A DNA stretch of 64,000 nucleotides from an uncultured Candidatus Saccharibacteria bacterium (GCA_964631145.1 CAZVXT010000001.1:191151-255150), one strand, 5' to 3'. Positions 10,625 to 19,982 are shown, counted from the stretch's first letter. The notes: generated by a model not told the origin, from the letters alone. Program-made: numbers and translations.

Positions 10625-12646
10625 ATGTTAACCGAAGTTGCAGCAGCAGAAATTACTAACTTAACCAAAGATTCAGATATTCCTAAACGAGTTTTTCCTG
10701 AATTCAATTTATGGGAAACTGATTTAAAAAAAAGTCAAAGACTTAAAATTATTAATGAAGAAGATTTTCCTTTTGAAGAAATCTTGAACAGTTTATCTTT
10801 AAATAAATCTCCTTTAAAAAATTCTTTTGGTATAAACGACGAGAATGAAATCGCGGAGCGTTTAGCTGTAACCAAATTTTTAGGAAAAAACCCAAATTTG
10901 AGAAAATTTTTAGCAGCCGGATTTGATAATTTTGAATTACCAATTGATCCTTTAAAATTTATGGAATTTTTTGACCCCAGAGACAATGGGGTTACTCCAT
11001 ACTGGCAGTTTGTAAATAAGTTCATGTCATTTTTGGAAAACAATGAAGAAGATTTATCTTCAAGGTTGAGATTAATTTTAGAAACTTTAAAAAAGACCAA
11101 GTATTTGCAAGACGAAGAAGCAGAAATGGGAAAGCAGATTGCCAAAAAAGTCATGCAAGTTAGCACTTTTGAAGGAACTGTTTCTTTTACTATGAACATT
11201 ACTAGTAATGGTGAATTTAATTATGGCTCTTTTCAGACTTATAAATCTTGGTTGGCGTGGAGTGCATGGACTTTATGTGGGTATAAAAATTATGCTTATG
11301 CAATCAGCCCGCATCAAATGCTAAAAATGCCAAGAAAAATGGAAGAAAGTAAAATTGCTAAATATTCTGGCACAAAATTTTTGTTGAAGTGGGTAATTAA
11401 AGGCTATAATCATTTTCGCTATAGTCGTGCTTGCCGCGATCAGGTTATGGATGCTATTCCCAAAGTGGTAGAACAAAGTATCACTGATTACATAAGGCAC
11501 AAGTTAAGAAACATAGCTTATATACCGCCAGAATTTAGTGGTGGTAAGTTGCATGTTTACTTTTGTTATAACGAAGAAGGTTTATTTGTAAAATTTTATG
11601 GTCTAGATATTTCTCGTAAGCAAGAAAGAGAAGAAAGGTCTCAGTTAGAGTTAAGAAACTACCCCGGTTTGACTTGGGGTAAATGGACTCAAATGCAGGT
11701 TACTTCTAAAAAGATTTCTAAACGGGCTAGAGAAGCTTATGCAAGAATTACTAGAGACAAAATATATTCCAAGTTACAGCAAGCTAGTCCCGGATTTTTT
11801 ACAGATAAATTTAAAATCGAAGACAATGTTGTAAATACAGATTTTTCCTGGTTTGCAATCGGTAATGAGTATTGTTCCAAAAAGTGGCTACCTATGTATC
11901 GGATGTTGGAAGATCATAGAGAATTTGTAAAAAAACACCTAAAAGAATTAAGATTGGTTAGTGCTGTTGTTGATCAATTACAACAAAAAGCGGAAGAATT
12001 AGGTAAAGAATTGTGCTACCCAGAGTTGCTAACTGATAAGCATGTAGTAGATTTTTCTAAAATTTACCCTGTGCATTTGTTGTCAAAGCTTAAGCCGGAA
12101 AATATTAAGTCTATTTCTTTGCCAGCTTTAAATGGTAGTATGGTTGCTTTAAGTGGTAGGCATGGCGGAGGTAAATCTTCTACTCAGCTTACTGTGGTAT
12201 GTAATATATACTTAGCTCAAAGCGGTTTGCCTGTAATAGGACAGTCCTTTAGTTTTAATGCTAAAAAAGTTCTCGGTATGGTATTTATTACTCAAAAGGG
12301 TGATGGCTCTACCTACGAATTATTAGTCAATAAAACCAAAGCAATCTTTGAAGGTGTTGAAAATGTAAATCCGACTGAGGTTGTGTTGGTTCTTGATGAA
12401 GTTGGCACTGGAACTCAAGAAATTTCTGGTCTTAAAGTTGGTAAAAGCGTTTTAACAAGCTTGGCAGATAAAGGTGTGACAGTAATATTTAGTTCGCAGA
12501 TTACAGAGCTTATTGAATATTCGCGTGATTATCTTGGCGCGGAATGCTTTTGGGTTGATAGAGATCATGGCATACACGAAGGGGTTAGTGATGGAGGAGT
12601 TGACGAACTTTTACAAGCCAGTGGTTTGCAAAAATTTTTAAATTAA
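10625..12646 (+). CDS. MutS-family ATPase paralog with a C-terminal MutS domain-V-like ABC ATPase; no recognisable mismatch-binding domain
   Basis: Walker A GRHGGGKSS and Walker B-like VLVLDEVGTGT align with MutS domain V (GPNMGGKST ... DEVGRGT). The N-terminal ~500 aa are unassigned. TAGGAGG lies 9 nt before ATG 10625; the track start at 10589 is upstream of the SD. Confidence 0.55.
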   Translation: MLTEVAAAEITNLTKDSDIPKRVFPEFNLWETDLKKSQRLKIINEEDFPFEEILNSLSLNKSPLKNSFGINDENEIAERLAVTKFLGKNPNLRKFLAAGFDNFELPIDPLKFMEFFDPRDNGVTPYWQFVNKFMSFLENNEEDLSSRLRLILETLKKTKYLQDEEAEMGKQIAKKVMQVSTFEGTVSFTMNITSNGEFNYGSFQTYKSWLAWSAWTLCGYKNYAYAISPHQMLKMPRKMEESKIAKYSGTKFLLKWVIKGYNHFRYSRACRDQVMDAIPKVVEQSITDYIRHKLRNIAYIPPEFSGGKLHVYFCYNEEGLFVKFYGLDISRKQEREERSQLELRNYPGLTWGKWTQMQVTSKKISKRAREAYARITRDKIYSKLQQASPGFFTDKFKIEDNVVNTDFSWFAIGNEYCSKKWLPMYRMLEDHREFVKKHLKELRLVSAVVDQLQQKAEELGKELCYPELLTDKHVVDFSKIYPVHLLSKLKPENIKSISLPALNGSMVALSGRHGGGKSSTQLTVVCNIYLAQSGLPVIGQSFSFNAKKVLGMVFITQKGDGSTYELLVNKTKAIFEGVENVNPTEVVLVLDEVGTGTQEISGLKVGKSVLTSLADKGVTVIFSSQITELIEYSRDYLGAECFWVDRDHGIHEGVSDGGVDELLQASGLQKFLN

Positions 12647-12682
12647 AAAACAAGCAGTCCTAAGGACTGCTTTTTATTTTTT
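12645..12682. terminator. Bidirectional terminator between convergent genes
   Basis: GCAGTCC-taa-GGACTGC flanked by an A-run and a T-run. Confidence 0.7.
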
Positions 12683-13736
12683 ATGAATAAGTTAATGATG
12701 ACAGTTTTACATCTGGAGAATTAACTTCAATTTCTATAATATGTTTCTCTGGGGTTTCTTCATCTAATATTTGATATAGGCTTGAATCTTGAATGCTAAG
12801 CGCTTTGCTAGATTTGCCGTCAATCGATATTTTTACTACAACTCTTTTATCACTAGATGCTACTAAGAAAGCTTGACTTGCTGTAATGTTGATCTTAATT
12901 TTTGCATAATCACTTGTGGTAGAAATAAATTCGTCATTAAATTTCCATTTTCCCTCGATGCCAAATTTATTGTCATTAATTTTGTCAGGAAAAAAATAAC
13001 TTTGTTCGTTGTTTGTGGCAGCTTCGGTATTAGCAAAATTTTTACCTAATAATAGTGTTCCGAAACTTAATGTGCTATTTGCCTTGCTTTCAGGGGAAGG
13101 ATTTAGTGTAAATTTTGTATCGGATAAGTTTAATAAAATTTTAATAGCTTCTTCGATTTGATCAAAATTGTCATCTCCAAAATAACTGTAGACAATTTTA
13201 TTATCAGAGTTAATTAGATAAAATGCCGGCCAGAATTGATTTTGGTATGCGGACCAGGTTTTGTAATTATTGTCTAATGCCACAGGGTATAAGATTTTAT
13301 ACCTATTTATAGCTTCTGTGACGTTATTGGTTTGCTTTTCAAAGTTGTACTGCGGTGTGTGGATCCCTATAACGCTTAACCCATTATCTGCATATCTTTG
13401 GTACCATTCATTTATTTTTGATAGGCTGTTAATTGAATTGATATTAGAGTACGTCCAAAAATTTATTAGTGTAATTTTATTTTTTTGATCTGATATTTTT
13501 AACGGCTTACTGTTAATCCAATTGGTAATACCGTTAAATTCTGGTGCTGTACCGTAATCGTAAAAATTTGGTTCTTGTAATTTATTTGATTCTTGAGTTG
13601 AGTTAATCGAAGCGGGCTGCTGTTTAGGAGCAGTGTTCTCAATCTTTTTATTGTATGAATATGTCCAAATAATCATCGCAATAATCCCTGCGACTATAAG
13701 TATCGATAATATATTTACGATAATTTTTTTACCCAT
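12681..13736 (-). CDS. Membrane-anchored thioredoxin-fold (TlpA/redoxin-like) protein lacking the CxxC active site
   Basis: N-terminal TM helix; a redoxin-like core (INFWTYSNIN... where canonical proteins have FWASWCxPC; ...GIHTPQ...) plus a C-terminal beta-rich extension. The catalytic cysteines are replaced (YSNI). Confidence 0.45.
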   Translation of the reverse strand: MGKKIIVNILSILIVAGIIAMIIWTYSYNKKIENTAPKQQPASINSTQESNKLQEPNFYDYGTAPEFNGITNWINSKPLKISDQKNKITLINFWTYSNINSINSLSKINEWYQRYADNGLSVIGIHTPQYNFEKQTNNVTEAINRYKILYPVALDNNYKTWSAYQNQFWPAFYLINSDNKIVYSYFGDDNFDQIEEAIKILLNLSDTKFTLNPSPESKANSTLSFGTLLLGKNFANTEAATNNEQSYFFPDKINDNKFGIEGKWKFNDEFISTTSDYAKIKINITASQAFLVASSDKRVVVKISIDGKSSKALSIQDSSLYQILDEETPEKHIIEIEVNSPDVKLSSLTYS

Positions 13737-13826
13737 ATGTTAATGGTAAAGAATACTATTATTTGGGTCAATAGAGGTTGATTTATTTGCAGATTTTGCT
13801 AATATATACAAAAATCTGGAGGACAT

Positions 13827-14429
13827 ATGTTAAGACAAGATTATCTTATATTCTTTAGTGCAGTCGGATATTTGCCGATAAATCCAAACAAAAGGCATGG
13901 AGCAAAAGCTGATAAAATTCAAACTCATTACGTTCTGATTAATAATAAAATATATGCAGACGTTTTATCTGCTGCAGTTCAAATGTTGGATGTTTTATTT
14001 CCTGCAAAATCTGAAATAGAAAATTGGAGATATAAAACATATCAAATAGAAGTTTTTAATACTTTTTTTGAAAATGTTTTTAAAAAAGGAAATAATTTAC
14101 CAAAAATTGTAGAAGAAGAATTAATAAATAATTTAGATGACCCAATTAGGCGGTTTGTTTTAAATTATTTAGATAATTATAAAGGTTTTATGTTTAGCGT
14201 GCTGGATATTGTTGATGAAAATTTGGGTGACAAAGAATTGGCAGTAGTATCAAATTTTATCAGCACGACCTATGAATCAGATAAGGTTCTAAGTGCTAAA
14301 TTATTTTCTTTATCAAAGAAATACAGCAAAGTTATAATTGAACAAAGAACTAAAGATGTAGTGCTTGTGTCAGTAAAAAGTTATTTTAATAATGTAGAAA
14401 GTATGCTTAAAGAAGCAGCTCGTTCATAG
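13827..14429 (+). CDS. Hypothetical protein
   Basis: TGGAGG SD before ATG 13827; 200 aa; terminator downstream. Confidence 0.45.
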   Translation: MLRQDYLIFFSAVGYLPINPNKRHGAKADKIQTHYVLINNKIYADVLSAAVQMLDVLFPAKSEIENWRYKTYQIEVFNTFFENVFKKGNNLPKIVEEELINNLDDPIRRFVLNYLDNYKGFMFSVLDIVDENLGDKELAVVSNFISTTYESDKVLSAKLFSLSKKYSKVIIEQRTKDVVLVSVKSYFNNVESMLKEAARS

Positions 14430-14440
14430 TTAATATTATC

Positions 14441-14471
14441 GTCCTGGAATCTGCCCAGGACTTTTATTTTT
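14441..14471 (+). terminator. Rho-independent terminator
   Basis: GTCCTGG-aatctgc-CCAGGAC followed by TTTTATTTTT. Confidence 0.7.
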
Positions 14472-14501
14472 ACTTATAAATTAATGATCAGATAAAAATT
14501 A

Positions 14502-14528
14502 TTAGCACTCTACTTGACAGAGTGCTAA
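14502..14528 (+). promoter_or_regulatory. CIRCE operator (HrcA binding site), a perfect match
   Basis: TTAGCACTC-tacttgaca-GAGTGCTAA matches the TTAGCACTC-N9-GAGTGCTAA consensus exactly and sits immediately upstream of hrcA. Confidence 0.9.
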
Positions 14529-14542
14529 TTTTTGTTTATTCT
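14514..14542 (+). promoter_or_regulatory. Sigma-70-like promoter overlapping CIRCE (TTGACA, 17-bp spacer, TATTCT)
   Basis: The -35 TTGACA lies inside the CIRCE spacer/right arm, the classic arrangement for HrcA-repressed promoters. Confidence 0.6.
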
Positions 14543-14579
14543 ATTTTTGTATGTAAATAAAGTTTATCTTTTAACCAAA

Positions 14580-15335
14580 ATGAGCAAAAATATACAGCTA
14601 ACATCTAGGCAAGCTAAAATTTTAGCCAGCATTGTTAAGCTTCATAGCGAAACCGGTAAGCCTGTATCAAGTAAGGAGCTAATAGAAAAAGGTTTCTTTG
14701 ATGTCAGTAGCGCCACCTTGCGTAATGAGATGCAAGAATTAGAAGAAAAAGGATTGATTACCAATCAACACACTTCTAGTGGACGAGTTCCTACAGATCA
14801 AGGTTTTAGATATTTTGTAAATCAGTTAATGGAGCACGTGCAGTTGTCTATGAAGGAGCGGGAAAGTTTAAAGCGAGAAATTGTTAAGCTTCAGATAGCT
14901 AATGCAGAAGTGGGTAGAAGATTGGCAAAACTTTTGTCTCTACATTCTTCTCAAGCCTCGTTTGCGGTGTTGCCAGAGCAGGTTTCTTCTATTGGTCTAT
15001 CTAATATTCTTGAAAATCAAAATTTACCACCTGAGGACGCAAAAGAGATTGCAAAGTTCTTCGATCAATTAGATGATTATGCAGAAAAAATCATCGAAGA
15101 TTATGGCGATAAAGATGCGCAAACTTTTATTGGACAAGAATTAACTTTATCAAAAGGCTCGGATTATTCCATGATTGTTTCTGGACTTAAATTACCTGAT
15201 GGGAAAAAGGGTGTAATTGGATTGATTGGTCCAAAATCCATGAAGTATCAAAAGAACCTCTCATTAATGGAATATATTACCAAGCTATTAGGTGGAGGCG
15301 GCGCTGCAATTATTCTTATTACTTTAATTAGATAA
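14580..15335 (+). CDS. hrcA: Heat-inducible transcription repressor HrcA
   Basis: N-terminal wHTH with HTSSGRVPTDQGFRYFV, typical of HrcA. The track ORF start at 14532 overlaps the promoter and CIRCE, so Met 14580 (MSKNIQ...) was chosen. Confidence 0.8.
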   Translation: MSKNIQLTSRQAKILASIVKLHSETGKPVSSKELIEKGFFDVSSATLRNEMQELEEKGLITNQHTSSGRVPTDQGFRYFVNQLMEHVQLSMKERESLKREIVKLQIANAEVGRRLAKLLSLHSSQASFAVLPEQVSSIGLSNILENQNLPPEDAKEIAKFFDQLDDYAEKIIEDYGDKDAQTFIGQELTLSKGSDYSMIVSGLKLPDGKKGVIGLIGPKSMKYQKNLSLMEYITKLLGGGGAAIILITLIR

Positions 15336-15337
15336 AA

Positions 15338-15838
15338 ATGAACGAAGAAAATACACAAGAAGAAATTTTAAATAATGATAATCCGGATTTAGAAAGACAA
15401 TTAGCAGAAGCTCGTGAAGAATCTGCTACGAACTTAGCGGGTTGGCAAAGATCTCAAGCAGATTTTGAAAATTTTAAGAGACGCACAGAAGAAAAGCAAA
15501 AAGAAATATTAGAATTTGCCAAAGAAGTTACTATTGCAAAGCTGTTGCCGGTTTTGGATGGATTGATGCAAGGCTTAAAGCACTCACCTCAGTCAGTTGA
15601 TGATGCTTGGCTTAAAGGTATTAATGGTACGCTTGGACAATTAGACAAAGCATTAATGGAAATGGGTGTCAAAAAAATTGAAGCAGTTGGTAAGAATTTT
15701 GATCCAAATTTCCATGAAGCTATAAGAGAGGTTCCGGGAGAAGAAGATGGTGTGGTTGTAGAAGATTTGCAAACTGGTTATGAATTAAATGGACGAGTTA
15801 TTAGACCGAGTCAGGTAGTAATCAGTAAGAAAAGTTAG
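15338..15838 (+). CDS. grpE: Nucleotide exchange factor GrpE
   Basis: ADFENFKRR motif and GrpE C-terminal beta-domain; located in the hrcA-grpE-dnaK operon context. Confidence 0.9.
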   Translation: MNEENTQEEILNNDNPDLERQLAEAREESATNLAGWQRSQADFENFKRRTEEKQKEILEFAKEVTIAKLLPVLDGLMQGLKHSPQSVDDAWLKGINGTLGQLDKALMEMGVKKIEAVGKNFDPNFHEAIREVPGEEDGVVVEDLQTGYELNGRVIRPSQVVISKKS

Positions 15839-15848
15839 TACGCTTCCA

Positions 15849-15951
15849 AATTTGAATAACTTCTTCGTTAAAATGCTCCGGTAATTTTCACCGTAACAAT
15901 TATTACGGCTCAAATTATCCTCACATTTTGCCTCGAATTTATTCAAATTTG
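15849..15951 (+). repeat. Inverted repeat (13 bp perfect, ~20 bp with 2 mismatches) bracketing 77 nt of the grpE-dnaK spacer, with an internal hairpin CCGTAA-caatta-TTACGG
   Basis: CAAATTTGAATAA at 15849-15861 is the reverse complement of TTATTCAAATTTG at 15939-15951; 15891-15908 forms a 6-bp hairpin. Confidence 0.5.
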
Positions 15952-15958
15952 AAATCCT

Positions 15959-15989
15959 AATATAATCTAATAATTTATTAGATTATATT
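15959..15989 (+). promoter_or_regulatory. 31-bp perfect palindrome (15-bp arms, 1-nt centre) ~70 bp upstream of dnaK; candidate operator
   Basis: AATATAATCTAATAA-t-TTATTAGATTATATT. It is not a CIRCE, HAIR or CtsR box. Confidence 0.4.
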
Positions 15990-16058
15990 GGAAAAGAAAC
16001 TTTTTAGATTTAATAAATATTATAAATAACTAAATTTTTTAACAAGGAGAACTAAAAT

Positions 16059-17942
16059 ATGTCAAAAATTATAGGAATTGATTTGGGAACTAGCAACTCT
16101 GCTGCCTCTGCAATGGAAGGCGGTAAGCCAGTTATTATTCCAGCTGCCGAAGGAAATTCTATTGGCGGCAAAGCGTTTCCGTCTTACGTGGCTTTTACAA
16201 AAGATGGTCAATTATTGGTTGGTGAGCCTGCAAGACGTCAGGCTGTAACTAATCCAGAAGGAACCATCTTTGAAGCAAAGCGCAAGATGGGTACCTCACA
16301 TCGTTTTAATGTTAATGGCAAAGAATATACTCCAGAACAGATTAGTGCGTTTATTTTACAAAAGATTAAGAAAGACGCGGAAAGTTATTTGGGTGAAAAA
16401 GTAGAAAAAGCAGTCATCACTGTACCTGCGTATTTTGATGATGCTCAACGCCAGGCAACTAAGCAAGCTGGAGAAATTGCAGGATTAGAAGTTGTTCGCG
16501 TGATTAACGAGCCTACAGCCGCAGCTTTTGCCTATGGTATAGATAAAACAGGTGCTAATGATCAGAAGATTTTGGTATTTGATCTTGGAGGCGGAACTTT
16601 AGACGTGACCATCATGGAATTTTCTGAAAGTGATGGGCAAGCAACTTTCGAAGTTAAGTCTACTTCTGGTGATACTGCTCTTGGTGGTAAAGATATGGAT
16701 ACCGCTTTAATCGATTACATTACAGGTGACTTTAAATCTCAGACAGGTATTGATTTAACTTCAGACAAGATGGCGATGAATCGTGTTCGTGAAGCAGCAG
16801 AAAAAGCAAAAATTGAACTTTCTACAACACTAGAAACTGATATTATTTTGCCTTTTATTGCTCAAGATGAAAGTGGAAGCAAAAACTTAGAAATGAAGCT
16901 TACTCGTGCAAAATTAGAAGATTTGGTAAAGCCAATTATTACGCGCATGCGCACTCCGTTAGAACAAGCTATTAAAGATGCAGGTTACACTCCTCAAAAT
17001 ATTGATAAAATTATTTTGATTGGTGGACCTACCCGCATGCCAGCTGTTATTAAATTCGTTGAAGATTATATAGGCAAGCAAGTAGAGCGTGGTGTAGATC
17101 CAATGGAAGCAGTTGCAAAAGGCGCTGCTGTACAAGCTGCTGTATTGGCAGGAGAAAGTGGTACTAAAGATATTCTATTACTTGATGTTACACCATTAAC
17201 TTTAGGGCTAGAAACCTTAGGTGGTGTGCGTACTGCATTAATCGATCGCAATACAACTATCCCTACTTCAAAGTCTCAGGTATTTTCTACTGCCGCTGAT
17301 AATCAAACTTCCGTACAAATCCATGTATTACAAGGTGAACGTGAATTTGCTGCGGACAATAAATCATTAGGTACTTTTATTTTGGATGGGTTGCCTCCAG
17401 CGCCTCGCGGGGTCCCTCAAATTGAAGTAACTTTTGATATTGATGCTAGTGGTATTCTTAAAGTAACCGCTAAAGATAAAGCTAGTGGTAAAGACGCACA
17501 TATTACAATTCAAGGCTCTAGTAATTTGAGCAAAGAAGATGTAGAGCGCATGAAGCAGGAAGCAGAATCTCATGCATCTGAAGATCGCAAGCGCAAAGAT
17601 TTAGTGGACAAGCGCAATGAGGCTGATACTTTAATTTCTGTTTCTGAAAAAACTCTTAAAGATGCAGGAGAAAAAGTAAATCAAACAGATAAAGATGCTG
17701 TAGAAAATGCAATTAAAGATCTTAAGGAAGTAAAAGACAAAGAAGACTTGGAGGCTATTACTTCTAAAACCCAAGCTTTGTCTGATGCTGTTCAAAAAGT
17801 TGGTGCTGCTATGTACGAGCAAGGAGCTACGCAACCAGGAGATGCTGGTACTGTAGACCCATCAGAAAAAGAAATTCCAGCAGATGATAACGGACCTGTA
17901 GACGCAGAATATACAGAAGTCCCAAAAGATGAAGCTAAGTAA
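16059..17942 (+). CDS. dnaK: Molecular chaperone DnaK (Hsp70)
   Basis: [18 protein letters not shown], and full Hsp70 architecture in 627 aa; AAGGAGA SD. Confidence 0.97.
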   Translation: MSKIIGIDLGTSNSAASAMEGGKPVIIPAAEGNSIGGKAFPSYVAFTKDGQLLVGEPARRQAVTNPEGTIFEAKRKMGTSHRFNVNGKEYTPEQISAFILQKIKKDAESYLGEKVEKAVITVPAYFDDAQRQATKQAGEIAGLEVVRVINEPTAAAFAYGIDKTGANDQKILVFDLGGGTLDVTIMEFSESDGQATFEVKSTSGDTALGGKDMDTALIDYITGDFKSQTGIDLTSDKMAMNRVREAAEKAKIELSTTLETDIILPFIAQDESGSKNLEMKLTRAKLEDLVKPIITRMRTPLEQAIKDAGYTPQNIDKIILIGGPTRMPAVIKFVEDYIGKQVERGVDPMEAVAKGAAVQAAVLAGESGTKDILLLDVTPLTLGLETLGGVRTALIDRNTTIPTSKSQVFSTAADNQTSVQIHVLQGEREFAADNKSLGTFILDGLPPAPRGVPQIEVTFDIDASGILKVTAKDKASGKDAHITIQGSSNLSKEDVERMKQEAESHASEDRKRKDLVDKRNEADTLISVSEKTLKDAGEKVNQTDKDAVENAIKDLKEVKDKEDLEAITSKTQALSDAVQKVGAAMYEQGATQPGDAGTVDPSEKEIPADDNGPVDAEYTEVPKDEAK

Positions 17943-17946
17943 ATAA

Positions 17947-17990
17947 AAAAGCGAGAGTGTTTGGAAATATCTCAAGCACTCTCGCAAAAA
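17947..17990. terminator. Hairpin flanked by A-runs; canonical terminator on the minus strand, weaker on the plus strand after dnaK
   Basis: GCGAGAGTG-(17 nt)-CACTCTCGC with A6 upstream and A8 downstream. Confidence 0.5.
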
Positions 17991-17994
17991 AAAG

Positions 17995-18232
17995 ATAGGT
18001 AGCCTATGGCTACCTAAAAGGAAGGGTCTAAATGCGGATTAACTGAAGGTTAAAAGCGGGTAGTAAAGAGCGGGAACCCCTTGTTCTATAATGCTGTAGT
18101 CAAATGCCTACGCCACCACTTGTTATCTTCATTGGTATCACCTCCGTATATAAATTATGTAACTTGCCTGCAAGTTACAGAAAAATTTCTGTTTTTTTCA
18201 AACCTAAGATGCCCCTATCATCCTGTGTATGA
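17995..18232. other. GC-enriched, hairpin-rich non-coding stretch inserted between dnaK and dnaJ; candidate structured RNA of unknown identity
   Basis: Palindromes GGTAGCCTATGGCTACC and GTAACTTGC-ctg-CAAGTTAC; direct repeat ATCACCTCCGT twice (18139 and 18231); locally higher GC than the flanks. Confidence 0.2.
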
Positions 18233-18439
18233 TCACCTCCGTGGGGATTGAAAACCTGAATTAGAATTAGTATTATTAGTAATTAATTTACCAGAATCAT
18301 AACGATTTAAATTGGAAGATATTTCTCCATTATTAATTCGTTTTTGTAAATTTTTTGCTGCAGAGAAAAGATTTTCTAAATCTTGATCAAGAAAAATTCT
18401 TTTGATTGGTTTTCTGGGATCCTCAAATTGGATGTCCAT
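18233..18439 (-). CDS. Hypothetical small protein (68 aa)
   Basis: Strong SD AAAGGAGGT 8 nt upstream of ATG (complement of 18437-18439); no recognisable domain; divergent from the downstream plus-strand gene. Confidence 0.35.
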   Translation of the reverse strand: MDIQFEDPRKPIKRIFLDQDLENLFSAAKNLQKRINNGEISSNLNRYDSGKLITNNTNSNSGFQSPRR

Positions 18440-18491
18440 ATATTGATACCTCCTTTTAAAAATATTATACTCTCATTATTAAAAAGCGCAA

Positions 18492-18785
18492 ATGTCAGAA
18501 AATCAACAACAAAATCAAATCCAAATTAAAGCAGATGATAAAGCTTTAGTTGGTAAATTTGCAAATATGATGCAGGTTGTTCATAACGAACAGGAATTTG
18601 TTTTAGACTTTGTTAGCATGCTTCCCCCGCAAGCTCAGTTAGTAAGCCGGGTGATAATTACCCCAGCTCATGCTAAGCAAATTGCTGCTGCATTGCAAGA
18701 AAACATAAGACTTTACGAAGAAAAATTTTCTAAAATTTCATCCCAAGAAGAGCCAAAATCAAATTTTGGTTTTAAGACAGAATAA
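18492..18785 (+). CDS. DUF3467-like protein
   Basis: Pattern GKFANMMQVVHNEQEFVLDF...AQLVSRVIITPAHAKQIAAALQENIRLYEEKF matches my recollection of the ~100-aa DUF3467 family. Confidence 0.45.
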   Translation: MSENQQQNQIQIKADDKALVGKFANMMQVVHNEQEFVLDFVSMLPPQAQLVSRVIITPAHAKQIAAALQENIRLYEEKFSKISSQEEPKSNFGFKTE

Positions 18786-18815
18786 GTTATTGTAAAATTC
18801 TGCTAATATTATTTT

Positions 18816-19973
18816 ATGGCTCAAAATTATTACGACATTTTAGGAGTATCTAAATCTGCATCCAGTGATGAGATTAAAAAAGCCTACCGAAAGTTAGCTC
18901 ATAAATATCATCCGGATAAAGGTTCTGGTAACGAAGCAAAGTTTAAAGAAGTTAACGAAGCCTATCAAGTTTTATCAGATACAGAAAAGCGTGGTCAATA
19001 TGATCAATATGGTCAAACTTTTGATCAAGCCCAAAGGCAAGGACAAGGCTATGGCGGTTTTGGTGGGGGCAATCCTTTTGGCGGCGGCTTTGACTTTTCT
19101 GGTTTTGGTGGAGAAGGTGTTGAGTTTGATATAGGAGATATATTCGGCGATCTTTTTGGTGGTGGAAGAGGTAGATCTAATGCTGCCAGAGAACGAGGGA
19201 TTGATTTAGAAATGCCATTAACAGTTTCTTTTAAGGAAGCTGTGTTTGGTTTTGAAAAAGAAATTAAACTAGAAAAGAAGGATGCTTGCAAAACTTGTGA
19301 TGGTAGCGGTGCGAAACCTGGTAGTAAAGTAATAACTTGTAGTGTATGTCATGGGCAAGGACAAATTCGCAGTCAGCGTCGTACTATTTTTGGCAATATG
19401 GCTACGAGTGTTCCATGCGAAAAATGTGAAGGTACAGGGCAGGTCCCAGAAATTGCTTGCGATACATGTAAAGGAAAGGGAATTTTAAGACAACAAAAAA
19501 ATATTAATGTAAAAATTCCTGCAGGCATTGATGATGGGCAAAGAGTAAGGATAACTGGAGAAGGTGAATTAGGGTACAGAGGGTCAAAACCAGGGGATCT
19601 ATATTTATTAATTCGAGTCAAACCTGATAAGAACTTTAAACGACAAGGTGTAAATCTATATCACGACATACCTCTTAGTTTTACCCAGGCTACTTTAGGA
19701 ACAAAATTGCAATTTGAAACACTTGATGGATCAATAGAGGTAAAAATCCCCGCTGGTACACAACCAGGAAAAGTTTTTCGTATAAGTAGTAAAGGGGTAC
19801 CGGTAATTAATTCAAATAAAAGAGGGGATTTATTTTTAACAGCAAGAGTTGTAGTTCCAAATAAATTAACTAAAGAAGAAGCCAAGCTTATAGAGCAGCT
19901 CGGTAAATTAAATGGCGAAACCGTAGAGGTAAACCCAAGCTTTTGGGAAAGCTTAAAAAAGAACTTTTCTTAA
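18816..19973 (+). CDS. dnaJ: Molecular chaperone DnaJ
   Basis: J-domain with HPD (YHPDK), G/F-rich linker, 4x CxxCxGxG zinc finger, C-terminal domains. TAATAT lies 6 nt before the ATG. Confidence 0.95.
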   Translation: MAQNYYDILGVSKSASSDEIKKAYRKLAHKYHPDKGSGNEAKFKEVNEAYQVLSDTEKRGQYDQYGQTFDQAQRQGQGYGGFGGGNPFGGGFDFSGFGGEGVEFDIGDIFGDLFGGGRGRSNAARERGIDLEMPLTVSFKEAVFGFEKEIKLEKKDACKTCDGSGAKPGSKVITCSVCHGQGQIRSQRRTIFGNMATSVPCEKCEGTGQVPEIACDTCKGKGILRQQKNINVKIPAGIDDGQRVRITGEGELGYRGSKPGDLYLLIRVKPDKNFKRQGVNLYHDIPLSFTQATLGTKLQFETLDGSIEVKIPAGTQPGKVFRISSKGVPVINSNKRGDLFLTARVVVPNKLTKEEAKLIEQLGKLNGETVEVNPSFWESLKKNFS

Positions 19974-19982
19974 TATAATAAA

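Noticed and set aside
14532-14579. The extended N-terminus of hrcA from the ORF track
   Set aside because: It would place coding sequence over the CIRCE operator and the -10 element. The conserved HrcA N-terminus begins at Met 14580.
17066-17834. Three minus-strand ORFs inside dnaK
   Set aside because: They are antisense to dnaK and lack start-site signals.
17995-18232. Identification of the dnaK-dnaJ structured block as tmRNA, SRP RNA or RNase P RNA
   Set aside because: It has no tRNA-like T-loop (GGTTCGA-type) or acceptor pairing, no ...ALAA tag frame, no SRP domain IV GGAA/AGCAGC motif, and no RNase P P4 GGAAAGTCCGG. It is left as an unknown structured region.
19049-19885. Minus-strand ORFs inside dnaJ (Pro/Gly-rich translations)
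   Set aside because: They are antisense reflections of the dnaJ G/F-rich and zinc-finger regions.
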